From contig CAZSDJ010000002.1 of assembly GCA_964605645.1 (NCBI GenBank), positions 394-64,393 of the forward strand: DNA of 64,000 bases, read 5' to 3'. The DNA is from an uncultured Planctomycetia bacterium (lineage in GTDB: Bacteria; Omnitrophota; Gorgyraeia; Duberdicusellales; 4484-171). The position numbers and the translations under genes were made by a program. The notes beneath the pieces were generated by a model. It was given only the letters and a program-made list of their open reading frames with translations, made no database searches and had not been told where the DNA came from. Numbering within the stretch: position 1 is the first letter of the stretch; each line of letters begins with the position of its first letter. Of this stretch, positions 19,022 to 27,304 are shown in pieces.

Positions 19022-19060
19022 AAGGTATTCTCTAAATATATTCATTTTTAATGAGGAGGG
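19022..19060 (+). promoter_or_regulatory. 39-nt leader/RBS element shared with the clpC leader (11958-11996)
   Basis: AAGGTATTC(T/G)CTAAATATATTCATTTTTAATGAGGAGGG, 38/39 identical. Confidence 0.8.
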
Positions 19061-19063
19061 TGT

Positions 19064-20053
19064 ATGTGGGCTTTAGTTTTTTTACGAATATTTTTTATTT
19101 TTATTTTTGTGGTATTGGGTTTTTCTTTAAGTAAAGGTAATCCTTTATTATTTGCTGCAATCGGCCTCGGTACAGGGATTTTTGTAGTAGTTTTAGAGAT
19201 GTTTGGGCGCAAAGTATCATTAAAAGGCTTAAGCAGTGCTGTGTTTGGAATTTTACTGGGCTTATTGCTTTCTGCTGTCTTTGGCTTAGCTTTAGCTCAG
19301 TTTCCTTTGCCTGCTGATGTGACACCTGATTTTTTAGATAATATTAAATTGTTTGTTACTTTAGTTTTTGTTTACCTGGGTTTAACTTTGGGGATCAAAG
19401 GCCAGGATGAATTTAATTTGGTTATCCCTTATGTAAAATTTAAAAGAGGAGAATCGAGAGAAGAAGAAATTATTGTTGATACAAGTAGTATTATCGACGG
19501 GAGAATCCTGGATATTGTAAAAACCGGTTTTGTTGAAGCAAAATTTATTATTCCTCGCTTTGTGTTGAATGAAATGCATACTTTAGCTGATTCAACTGAT
19601 CACATGAAAAGGCAGAAAGGAAAAAGGGGGATAGAAATATTACATGATTTAAAAAAACAGCCGAATATCGACATTGAAGTTACGGAAGAAGAAATTGCCG
19701 TAGTGAAAACAGTTGATGAAAAGATTATTAAATTAGCTCAAAAACACAGCGCTAAAGTGTTAACTACAGATTATAATTTAAATCGAATTGCTCAATTTCA
19801 GGGAGTAAAAGTATTAAATATCAATGATCTTGCGAATGCCTTAAAGCCGTCTTTGATAACGGGTAATACTTTTAATTTGAAATTAGTGAAAGAAGGTAAA
19901 GAACGGAATCAGGCAATAGGATATCTAGAAGATGGAACGATGGTAGTTGTCGAGGGCGGCAAGAAATTAGTGGGAAAAACTGTGAATGTAGAAGTTGCTT
20001 CTGTATTACAGAATCCAAGTGGTAGAATTATTTTTACAAAATTAAGTAGTTAA
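19064..20053 (+). CDS. yacL: Membrane PIN/TRAM domain protein (YacL family)
   Basis: N-terminal TMs, VDTSSIIDGRI PIN motif, TTDYNLN, GYLEDGTMVVVE TRAM; radA-yacL-ispD synteny. Confidence 0.9.
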   Translation: MWALVFLRIFFIFIFVVLGFSLSKGNPLLFAAIGLGTGIFVVVLEMFGRKVSLKGLSSAVFGILLGLLLSAVFGLALAQFPLPADVTPDFLDNIKLFVTLVFVYLGLTLGIKGQDEFNLVIPYVKFKRGESREEEIIVDTSSIIDGRILDIVKTGFVEAKFIIPRFVLNEMHTLADSTDHMKRQKGKRGIEILHDLKKQPNIDIEVTEEEIAVVKTVDEKIIKLAQKHSAKVLTTDYNLNRIAQFQGVKVLNINDLANALKPSLITGNTFNLKLVKEGKERNQAIGYLEDGTMVVVEGGKKLVGKTVNVEVASVLQNPSGRIIFTKLSS

Positions 20054-20054
20054 G

Positions 20055-20717
20055 ATGAAAGTTGCAGCTGTAATTGTGGGTGCCGGTTTTGGCAAGCGTA
20101 TTGGCAAAGCGAAGGCAGCTATTTTGCTGGAGGGGAAGCCTCTTTTTTACTATAGCCTAAAGACTTTTTTGAATTGCAAAGCGATAGGCCAAGTAATTTT
20201 GGTCCTTCAGAAAAAGCATTTTAAAATAGCAAAAAATTTTATAGATAATAAGAAAGTTACTTTAACAGCTGGCGGTCAAACCAGAAAACAATCTGTAATA
20301 AATGGATTGGAAAAAGTAAGAGAAGGGATAGATTTTATTTTAATTCATGATTGTGCGCGGCCTTTTTTAAAAAAACAATTAATATTAAAAGTAATTAAAG
20401 AATTAAAAAATTATCCGGCCGTAATTCCGGGGATTAAGGTAAAAGATACTTTAAAACAAGTTCAAAAAGGGCTAGTAAAAAAGACCTTAAATAGAGAGAA
20501 TATTTTATCTATTCAGACCCCTCAGGGTTTTCGAAAAAATTTACTTAAATCTGAATATAAAAAACATAAACATCTTAAAATAACCGATTCAGCCAAAATT
20601 TTTGAAAAAGCAGGGCATCCTGTAAAAATAGTCGAAGGAGACAGGCTCAATTTTAAAATAACTTATAAAGAAGATATCTTTTTGGCCAAGAGGATAAAAA
20701 AATATGAAAGAATATAG
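20055..20717 (+). CDS. ispD: 2-C-methyl-D-erythritol 4-phosphate cytidylyltransferase
   Basis: GGQTRKQSV, IHDCARPF, QTPQGF, NFKITYKED. Confidence 0.92.
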   Translation: MKVAAVIVGAGFGKRIGKAKAAILLEGKPLFYYSLKTFLNCKAIGQVILVLQKKHFKIAKNFIDNKKVTLTAGGQTRKQSVINGLEKVREGIDFILIHDCARPFLKKQLILKVIKELKNYPAVIPGIKVKDTLKQVQKGLVKKTLNRENILSIQTPQGFRKNLLKSEYKKHKHLKITDSAKIFEKAGHPVKIVEGDRLNFKITYKEDIFLAKRIKKYERI

Positions 20718-21198
20718 AGTTGGTTTAGGTTTTGACTTGCACCGGTTATCAAAAGGAAAATTACCTTTAGTTTTAGGGGGAGTTGAAATTGACTGCGCTC
20801 TTAACTTAATAGCTGTGTCTGACGGAGACGTGTTATTACATGCAATAGCAGATGCAGTTTGTGGTGCTTGCAGCTTAGGCGATATTGGAGATTATTTCCC
20901 GCCTGCCGACAAAAGCAATCAAGGTATAGACAGTAAAGATATTGTTGATACTATTTTAAGTAAAATAGAAGGTAATTATAAGTTAATTAATATCGATATA
21001 ACACTAGTTGCAGAGAAGCCGAAATTGGTTTCTTATAAAAAAGAAATTGTTAAATCATTGAAAAATATATTTAAGATAAAAGACATTAATTTAAAAATAA
21101 AATCTAAAGAAGCCACAGAAGTTTTAGGAGGCATTGATTCTATGAGCTGTCTTGCGGCAGTCTTAGTTTCAAAGTTTGAAGATGATAAAAATTTATAA
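20704..21198 (+). CDS. ispF: 2-C-methyl-D-erythritol 2,4-cyclodiphosphate synthase
   Basis: RVGLGFDLH, SDGDVLLHAIADA, GDIGDYFP. Confidence 0.92.
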   Translation: MKEYRVGLGFDLHRLSKGKLPLVLGGVEIDCALNLIAVSDGDVLLHAIADAVCGACSLGDIGDYFPPADKSNQGIDSKDIVDTILSKIEGNYKLINIDITLVAEKPKLVSYKKEIVKSLKNIFKIKDINLKIKSKEATEVLGGIDSMSCLAAVLVSKFEDDKNL

Positions 21199-22591
21199 TT
21201 CATTAACTAAAAAAAAGCAAGAATTTATACCTGTTGAAAAAAATCATATTAAATTTTATGCTTGCGGCGTAACTGTTTATGATGATTGTCATATCGGCCA
21301 CGGCCGTTCCTTATATATTTTTGATGTTATTTACCGTTATTTAGAATTTCGCGGCTACAAAGTAAAATTTGTCCGCAATATTACAGATATTGATGATAAA
21401 ATTATTAATAAATCTCGACAATTAGGGATTAGCTGGAAAGAGGTAGCTGATAAATACATAAGCCATTACCGGAAGGATTTAGAAAGTTTAGAGTTAAAAC
21501 CGATTAATTGCCAGCCAAAAGCAACAGAAAATATTAAAGAGATGATAAATTACATAAAACAATTAATCGAAAAAGGATATGCTTACCAAACTGATACCGG
21601 TGTCTATTTTTCTGTGAGAAAATTTAGCCAATACGGTCAACTATCCGGCCAGAAAATTGATGATATTTTAGCTTCGGGGAGAATCAGTGCTGATGAAAAT
21701 AAAAAAGATCCTCTTGATTTTGCACTTTGGAAAGCATCGAAAGAAGGCGAACCAAGTTGGGAGAGCCCCTGGGGAAAAGGAAGGCCGGGTTGGCATATAG
21801 AGTGTTCTGTAATGAGTCAAAAATATCTTAAGTGTGAAACTTTAGATATTCATGGGGGGGGGAGGGATTTAATTTTTCCTCATCATGAAAATGAAGCTGC
21901 ACAGGCTGAAAGTTTATCCGGGAAGAATTTTGTAAACTATTGGCTGCATCATGGCCTATTAACTATTGAGGGGCAAAAGATGTCGAAGTCTTTAGGTAAT
22001 TTTGTAAAAATATCGGATGTATTACACCGGTATCCCGCGGATGTTTTAAAGTTTTTTTATTTACAAGCTCATTATTCTTCTGCGATTGATTTTTCTTGGG
22101 CTAAAATGGAAGAAGCAAAAAAAGCATATCAACACATTAAAATATTGAAAGAAAAGTTAGAAAATTATCTTCAAGGTAAAAAAGGCCAAAAAGAAATTCC
22201 AGAAGAAAATGATAAGAGCAAAGATTACCGGAAGCAGTTTAGTGAAGTTATGGATGATGATTTTAATATGCCGAAAGGCTTGGCAGTATTATTTGATTTA
22301 ATAAATCAGGCAAATAAAAAGTTTGCCGAAAAAACAAGCAGTAAAAAAGATAAAAGTTTAGCCGGTTACAGGAAAATATTAGCGAAAATAACAAATGTTT
22401 TTGGGTTTAGTTTTTCAAAAAAAGAAGCGGCCGAAATAAATAGCGGCCAAATAAACAAATTAATAGAAAAAAGAAATCAATGCAGAACAGAAAAAAACTT
22501 TACAAAAGCTGATCAGATCCGGGATGAACTGGCCGGAAAAGGAATAATATTGGAAGACAGCAAAGAAGGAACCGTATGGCGAAGAGAATAA
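21182..22591 (+). CDS. cysS: Cysteine--tRNA ligase
   Basis: CGVTVYD, HIGH, GRPGWHIECS, KMSKS. Confidence 0.97.
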   Translation: MIKIYNSLTKKKQEFIPVEKNHIKFYACGVTVYDDCHIGHGRSLYIFDVIYRYLEFRGYKVKFVRNITDIDDKIINKSRQLGISWKEVADKYISHYRKDLESLELKPINCQPKATENIKEMINYIKQLIEKGYAYQTDTGVYFSVRKFSQYGQLSGQKIDDILASGRISADENKKDPLDFALWKASKEGEPSWESPWGKGRPGWHIECSVMSQKYLKCETLDIHGGGRDLIFPHHENEAAQAESLSGKNFVNYWLHHGLLTIEGQKMSKSLGNFVKISDVLHRYPADVLKFFYLQAHYSSAIDFSWAKMEEAKKAYQHIKILKEKLENYLQGKKGQKEIPEENDKSKDYRKQFSEVMDDDFNMPKGLAVLFDLINQANKKFAEKTSSKKDKSLAGYRKILAKITNVFGFSFSKKEAAEINSGQINKLIEKRNQCRTEKNFTKADQIRDELAGKGIILEDSKEGTVWRRE

Positions 22592-23223
22592 AAAGAAAAA
22601 AAGCAATATTAATTACTGTTGAAGGCTTGGAAGGCTGCGGTAAAACCAGTGTTATTAAATTTCTTGAAAATTTATTTTCTGAAAAAAAAATGAAAGTTAA
22701 AGTTTACCGCGAACCGGGTTCAACAAAAATTGGTGAAGAGATAAGAAAGATTTTGCTGGATAAAAAAGAAATGGTGCTTTCTCCGCACACTGAACTGCTC
22801 CTTTATTTAGCAGCCCGGACACAATTGATTGAAGAAAAGCTAAATAAGGATTTAGGTAATTTTGATATTATTATCTGTGATCGCTTTTATGATTCAACTT
22901 TAGTTTATCAAGGTTATGCCTTAGGTTTAGGTGAAATTGTAAAAAAGTCGGTAGAATTTTTTTCTTTAGGGATAAAGCCCGATTTAACTTTATTCTTAGA
23001 TGTGGCAGTGGAGATAGGTTTATCTCGATTAAAAACAAAGGATAGAATTGAATCACGTTCATTAACTTTTCATAAAAAATTAAGGGAAGGTTTTCTAAAA
23101 CTAGCCCATACAGAACCAAAGCGGATAAAGGTTGTTAATGCATCAGGCCGGCTTAATCAAATTTATCCCCGGATCAGAGAAATTTTGATTAAATCAAAAA
23201 AAGTTCCGCTATCCAAAGATTAA
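22576..23223 (+). CDS. tmk: Thymidylate kinase
   Basis: EGLEGCGKT, REPG, CDRFYDSTLVYQG. Confidence 0.95.
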   Translation: MAKRIKRKKAILITVEGLEGCGKTSVIKFLENLFSEKKMKVKVYREPGSTKIGEEIRKILLDKKEMVLSPHTELLLYLAARTQLIEEKLNKDLGNFDIIICDRFYDSTLVYQGYALGLGEIVKKSVEFFSLGIKPDLTLFLDVAVEIGLSRLKTKDRIESRSLTFHKKLREGFLKLAHTEPKRIKVVNASGRLNQIYPRIREILIKSKKVPLSKD

Positions 23224-23245
23224 TCTTTCAACAATAAAAAGAAAA

Positions 23246-25069
23246 ATGATAAAAAAATACGATCTTATTATAATTGGTGGGGGCCATGCCGGAATCGAAG
23301 CAGGCAATGCAGCCTCAAAGATGGGGTGTTTGGTGCTGTTGATTAGTCTTGACCTTGATTTAATCGGAAAACTTTCCTGCAACCCGGCTGTGGGGGGAGT
23401 TTCAAAAGGAACTTTGGTGAGGGAAGTTGATGCTTTAGGCGGGTTAATCGGTAAAATTACAGATCAGTGTGCTTTGGGATATAAAACTTTAAATAAAAGT
23501 AAGGGGAAAGCCGTGTGGGCGACACGAGCCCAAGTAGATATGTTTTTATATCCGCAACTAGCAAAAAAATATTTGGAAAACAATCAAAATATAGATATAT
23601 TGCAGGCAAAAGTAAAAGAAATCATTGTACGTAAAGGCAAAGCAGCCGGGGTTAAAACTAATCTTGGCCAAGATTTTTTAAGTAGTTGTATTATTGTTGC
23701 AGCCGGCACTTTTTTAAAAAGTAAAATCCATATTGGTTTAAACTCATTTTCCGGGGGACGGATAGCTGAAAGCTCCAGTGATCAATTATTTAATTCAATT
23801 AAGGCTTTAGGTTTTAAAACTAAACATTTTAAAACGGGAACTTGCGCCCGCCTTGACAACAGAACAATTAATTTTGATAAAATGATCAAGCAGCTGCCGG
23901 AAAATGATGTCCTGCCATTTTCATTTACCAATAAAAAGATTAATAAAAATAGAGTCAGTTGCTTTATTACCCATACTAATAAAAAAACTCATAAAATAAT
24001 AAAAGATAATTTAAAATTCTCACCTCTTTATACCGGTAAAATTAAATCTCAAGGGGTAAGATATTGCCCTTCTTTGGAAGATAAGATTATAAAATTTTGG
24101 CAAAAAGATAAACATCAAATTTTCATTGAACCGGAAGGGCTTGATTCTTATGAAGTATATCCTAACGGTATTTCAACTTCATTGCCTTTTCAAACTCAAA
24201 TACAATTTATTCATTCAATAGCAGGGTTAGAAAAAGCAAAAATTATTCGGCCCGGTTATGGGATTGAGCACGGCTTAATCGATGCACGTCAGCTTTTCGC
24301 TAATCTTGAATCCAAGAAATATTCGGGTTTGTTTTTCGCCGGGCAAGTTAACGGCACAACCGGGTATGAAGAAGCTGCCGCGCAAGGGATTGTGGCCGGG
24401 ATAAATGCAGCTTTAAAAATAAAAAATAAAAAACCTTTTGTTTTAAAAAGAGATCAAGCTTATATCGGGGTGTTAATTGATGACTTGGTTAAGAAGGGGA
24501 CAGATGAGCCTTACCGGATGTTTACTTCGCGTTGTGAGTTTAGGCTAACTTTACGAGAAAGTAATTCTGGCTTACGCCTTGGTTGGTTAGGTTATCAATT
24601 AGGATTATTGAAGAAACAGGATTATCAACTGATAAAGGAAAAAGAACAAGAAATAAAAAGAATCAAAAATAAATTAAAGAGCATTAATTCTAAAAAAAGA
24701 CCAAAACAGAAAAATTTATTTGAATTACTTAAGGAGCCCGGAGTTACTTTTCGGCAGATTAAAAAGGAAGCAAAAGAAAGTAAAATTCCTCCGGATGTTG
24801 AAGCTGAAGTGGAAATAGCTGCTAAATATCAAGGGTTTTTAAAGCGAGAGAAGGTTTGGCTGCGTGAACTTAAAAATTTAGATAAAGTTAAAATGCCGAA
24901 AATAGATTTTGCTCAAATACCTTCTTTATCTAAAGAGGTGACCGAAAAGCTTAATAAGTTTAAGCCGGATTCCCTGGGTGAAGCTTTTGCTATTTCCGGA
25001 ATTACTCCGGCTGCAATTTTGACTGTTTATAATTTTATTAAAAGTAAGCAGAAGAAAAATAAGTTATAA
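23246..25069 (+). CDS. mnmG: tRNA uridine-5-carboxymethylaminomethyl(34) synthesis enzyme MnmG (GidA)
   Basis: GGGHAGIEA, SCNPAVGG, RYCPSLEDK, GQVNGTTGYEEAAAQG. Confidence 0.96.
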   Translation: MIKKYDLIIIGGGHAGIEAGNAASKMGCLVLLISLDLDLIGKLSCNPAVGGVSKGTLVREVDALGGLIGKITDQCALGYKTLNKSKGKAVWATRAQVDMFLYPQLAKKYLENNQNIDILQAKVKEIIVRKGKAAGVKTNLGQDFLSSCIIVAAGTFLKSKIHIGLNSFSGGRIAESSSDQLFNSIKALGFKTKHFKTGTCARLDNRTINFDKMIKQLPENDVLPFSFTNKKINKNRVSCFITHTNKKTHKIIKDNLKFSPLYTGKIKSQGVRYCPSLEDKIIKFWQKDKHQIFIEPEGLDSYEVYPNGISTSLPFQTQIQFIHSIAGLEKAKIIRPGYGIEHGLIDARQLFANLESKKYSGLFFAGQVNGTTGYEEAAAQGIVAGINAALKIKNKKPFVLKRDQAYIGVLIDDLVKKGTDEPYRMFTSRCEFRLTLRESNSGLRLGWLGYQLGLLKKQDYQLIKEKEQEIKRIKNKLKSINSKKRPKQKNLFELLKEPGVTFRQIKKEAKESKIPPDVEAEVEIAAKYQGFLKREKVWLRELKNLDKVKMPKIDFAQIPSLSKEVTEKLNKFKPDSLGEAFAISGITPAAILTVYNFIKSKQKKNKL

Positions 25070-25082
25070 TTTACTTGTTTAT

Positions 25083-26162
25083 TTATAAATTTAGGTAATC
25101 CGCTATATAATCGGCGAATTTAGTGATTCCATCAGAAGGGCTGAGTATCTTTTTTGCTTCTTTTAATCTTTCCTTAAACAAATTATAGGCTTCTTTATCT
25201 CTTAAATAATATAGGGTATTGTCAGCTATATTTTGAGGGGTTGCTTTTTCCTGAAGCAGTTCAGGGACTATCTGTTTGTTTGCTAATATGTTGATCATCC
25301 CGGCAAATTTTGTATGGATAAGTTTTTTTATTATATACCAGGTAAGTTTGTTAACTTTATAGATTATTAAATAGGGAATTTCTAAAATTGCAGTCTCAAC
25401 TGTTGCTGTACCGGATGCCGCTACCGCAAACTCAGAATGGCTTAAAACTTTATAAGAGTGGTTTATAATTTCCTCTTTGCTAAAAAACCTTTGATATATT
25501 TTTTTATCTAATCCCGCAGGCTTCAATATTTGAAATTTATAATTAGGTAATGATTTTTTGATAATTTTTTTTGCCTCGGCTAAAATTTTGAGGTGGTATT
25601 TTATTTCGTTTTTGCGTGAGCCGGGCAAAAAAGAGATAATATTTTTCTTTTTTAAATCTTTTTTATTGATTATCTCAAGCAAAGGATGGCCAAAATAAGC
25701 AGTATCGGTATTTTCTTTTTCATAGATCTTTTTTTCAAATTTAAAAATAGGGATCATTTTGTCGGTATATTTTTTAATAGTTTTTATTCGTTTTTTCCGC
25801 CAAGCCCACACTTGCGGACTGACATAGTAAAAGATTGGTATTTTGTGGTTTATATTTTTTGCTACGTTTAAATTAAAATCAGGGAAATCTATTAAAATTA
25901 TTAAGTCCGGTTTGATTTTATTAATTTCAAATATAGTTTGATCAAATATTTTTTTAAATTTTCCCAAAGAAGAGATTACTTCTATTAAGCCGCAAACTGA
26001 ATGGGAAACCAAATCTATTAATTGGCAAGAATTATCTGCTAAGACTTTTCCGCCAAATGAATAAATTCGGCAAGAATTAAATTTTTCATTAATTGTTTTA
26101 GCTAAATGGCCTCCGTAGAGGTCGCCGGAAGCATCACCGGCGATAATAACAATTTTTTTCAT
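25083..26162 (-). CDS. lpxB: Lipid-A-disaccharide synthase
   Basis: AGDASGD, IDFPDFN, YVSPQVWAWR, LPGSR, SGTATVE, VPELLQ. Confidence 0.95.
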   Translation of the reverse strand: MKKIVIIAGDASGDLYGGHLAKTINEKFNSCRIYSFGGKVLADNSCQLIDLVSHSVCGLIEVISSLGKFKKIFDQTIFEINKIKPDLIILIDFPDFNLNVAKNINHKIPIFYYVSPQVWAWRKKRIKTIKKYTDKMIPIFKFEKKIYEKENTDTAYFGHPLLEIINKKDLKKKNIISFLPGSRKNEIKYHLKILAEAKKIIKKSLPNYKFQILKPAGLDKKIYQRFFSKEEIINHSYKVLSHSEFAVAASGTATVETAILEIPYLIIYKVNKLTWYIIKKLIHTKFAGMINILANKQIVPELLQEKATPQNIADNTLYYLRDKEAYNLFKERLKEAKKILSPSDGITKFADYIADYLNL

Positions 26163-26175
26163 TATTTTTTAAAAA

Positions 26176-27075
26176 TTAAGATTTTTTAATAATGTCTTCA
26201 ATTTTTGTTGCAGCCAACAATGCGTCTTTTGCTGATTCGGCATAGGAACTATTTGAATCTTTTTTAATCACTAAATTTATAAAATGATCAATTTCTTTTT
26301 TTAGAGGTTCTTCTTTTTCTATTGTTAAATTTTGATGAGATATTTTAGTGCCGGTTTTTTTGTATACTTCAACACTTTGCCGGGCATAATCGATAGAAAT
26401 ATATTTATTCTGCATAAATATTCTTATTTTTCTTTCTTTTTTTGATGATATTCGCGATGATGTTATGTTGGCTACACAACCGTTTTTAAAACTTATTCTA
26501 CAATTAGCGATATCTTCCGCAGAAGATAGTACTTTAACGCCTTTAGCGTCTATTTTCTTTATTTTATCTTGTACTAAATCTAAAATGATATCTAAATCAT
26601 GAATCATTAAATCAAGCACTACGCTTATATCTAAAGAACGATGCGGATAAGGGCTGAGCCGGTGGCATTCTATAAATAAAGGATTTTTTATACTTTCTTT
26701 GACTTTTAAATAAGCACTGTTATATCTTTCAACGTGTCCTACAAAAAGAAGGGTATTATTTTTTTTTGCAATATTAATTAATTTTTTTGCCTGGCGAGAG
26801 TTTTTTGTGATTGGTTTTTCCACCAACACCGGTATTTTATTTTGAAGAAAAAAGCCGGCTATTTTAAAATGAGACGGAGTAGGGGTTGCGATACTTACCA
26901 AATCTACTTTTTTTACTAAATTATGGTAACTTGAAGAAGCAGGAAGATTGTGTTTTTCTAATTTTTCCTTATCTGTGTCGACAATATAAATTTTTTCTAT
27001 TTTTTTTGATTCCTGATAGATACGTAAATGAATTGAGCCTAGTTTTCCCAGGCCGATTACCGCGGCTTTTAACAT
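26176..27075 (-). CDS. Gfo/Idh/MocA oxidoreductase (GnnA-like)
   Basis: GLGKLG Rossmann motif, VEKP, VGHVERYN, DLMIHDLD; AAGGAG SD before ATG 27075; directly upstream of lpxB. Confidence 0.85.
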   Translation of the reverse strand: MLKAAVIGLGKLGSIHLRIYQESKKIEKIYIVDTDKEKLEKHNLPASSSYHNLVKKVDLVSIATPTPSHFKIAGFFLQNKIPVLVEKPITKNSRQAKKLINIAKKNNTLLFVGHVERYNSAYLKVKESIKNPLFIECHRLSPYPHRSLDISVVLDLMIHDLDIILDLVQDKIKKIDAKGVKVLSSAEDIANCRISFKNGCVANITSSRISSKKERKIRIFMQNKYISIDYARQSVEVYKKTGTKISHQNLTIEKEEPLKKEIDHFINLVIKKDSNSSYAESAKDALLAATKIEDIIKKS

Positions 27076-27110
27076 GGAACTCCTTATATTAAGCAGATCG
27101 ATGATACCTA

Positions 27111-27140
27111 AATATACCCTTGACATTTTTAATGTCAAGG
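27111..27140 (-). promoter_or_regulatory. Perfect palindrome CCTTGACATT-TTT-AATGTCAAGG overlapping a putative minus-strand promoter
   Basis: Palindrome 27118-27140; minus strand reads TTGACA-N16-TATATT. Confidence 0.6.
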
Positions 27141-27141
27141 A

Positions 27142-27197
27142 TTATCCGCCTCAAGACTGCTGTTTCATCTATTTTTAATGATAATGAAGGCGGATAA
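27142..27197. repeat. TCCGCC/GGCGGA-type palindromic element
   Basis: TTATCCGCCT ... AGGCGGATAA 10-bp inverted repeat with 36-nt spacer. Confidence 0.65.
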
Positions 27198-27216
27198 AAT
27201 TATATTATCAGAGAAC

Positions 27217-27245
27217 TTGAGAAAAGTCAATTAATGTGGTACAAT
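27217..27245 (+). promoter_or_regulatory. Putative sigma70 promoter for msbA
   Basis: TTGAGA-N17-TACAAT with extended TG. Confidence 0.6.
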
Positions 27246-27260
27246 CCCTCACCGTTTAAT

Positions 27261-27300
27261 AAGGATAAAGGATAAAGGTTAAAAAAGGGAAGAGTGAAGA
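27261..27300 (+). repeat. Heptamer array AAGGATA/AAGGTTA in the msbA leader
   Basis: AAGGATA AAGGATA AAGGTTA ... AAGGGAA GAGTGAA. Confidence 0.55.
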
Positions 27301-27304
27301 AAAA

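Noticed and set aside
21854-21862. Poly-G tract in cysS as a phase-variation site
   Set aside because: It encodes the conserved HGGG motif of an essential synthetase.
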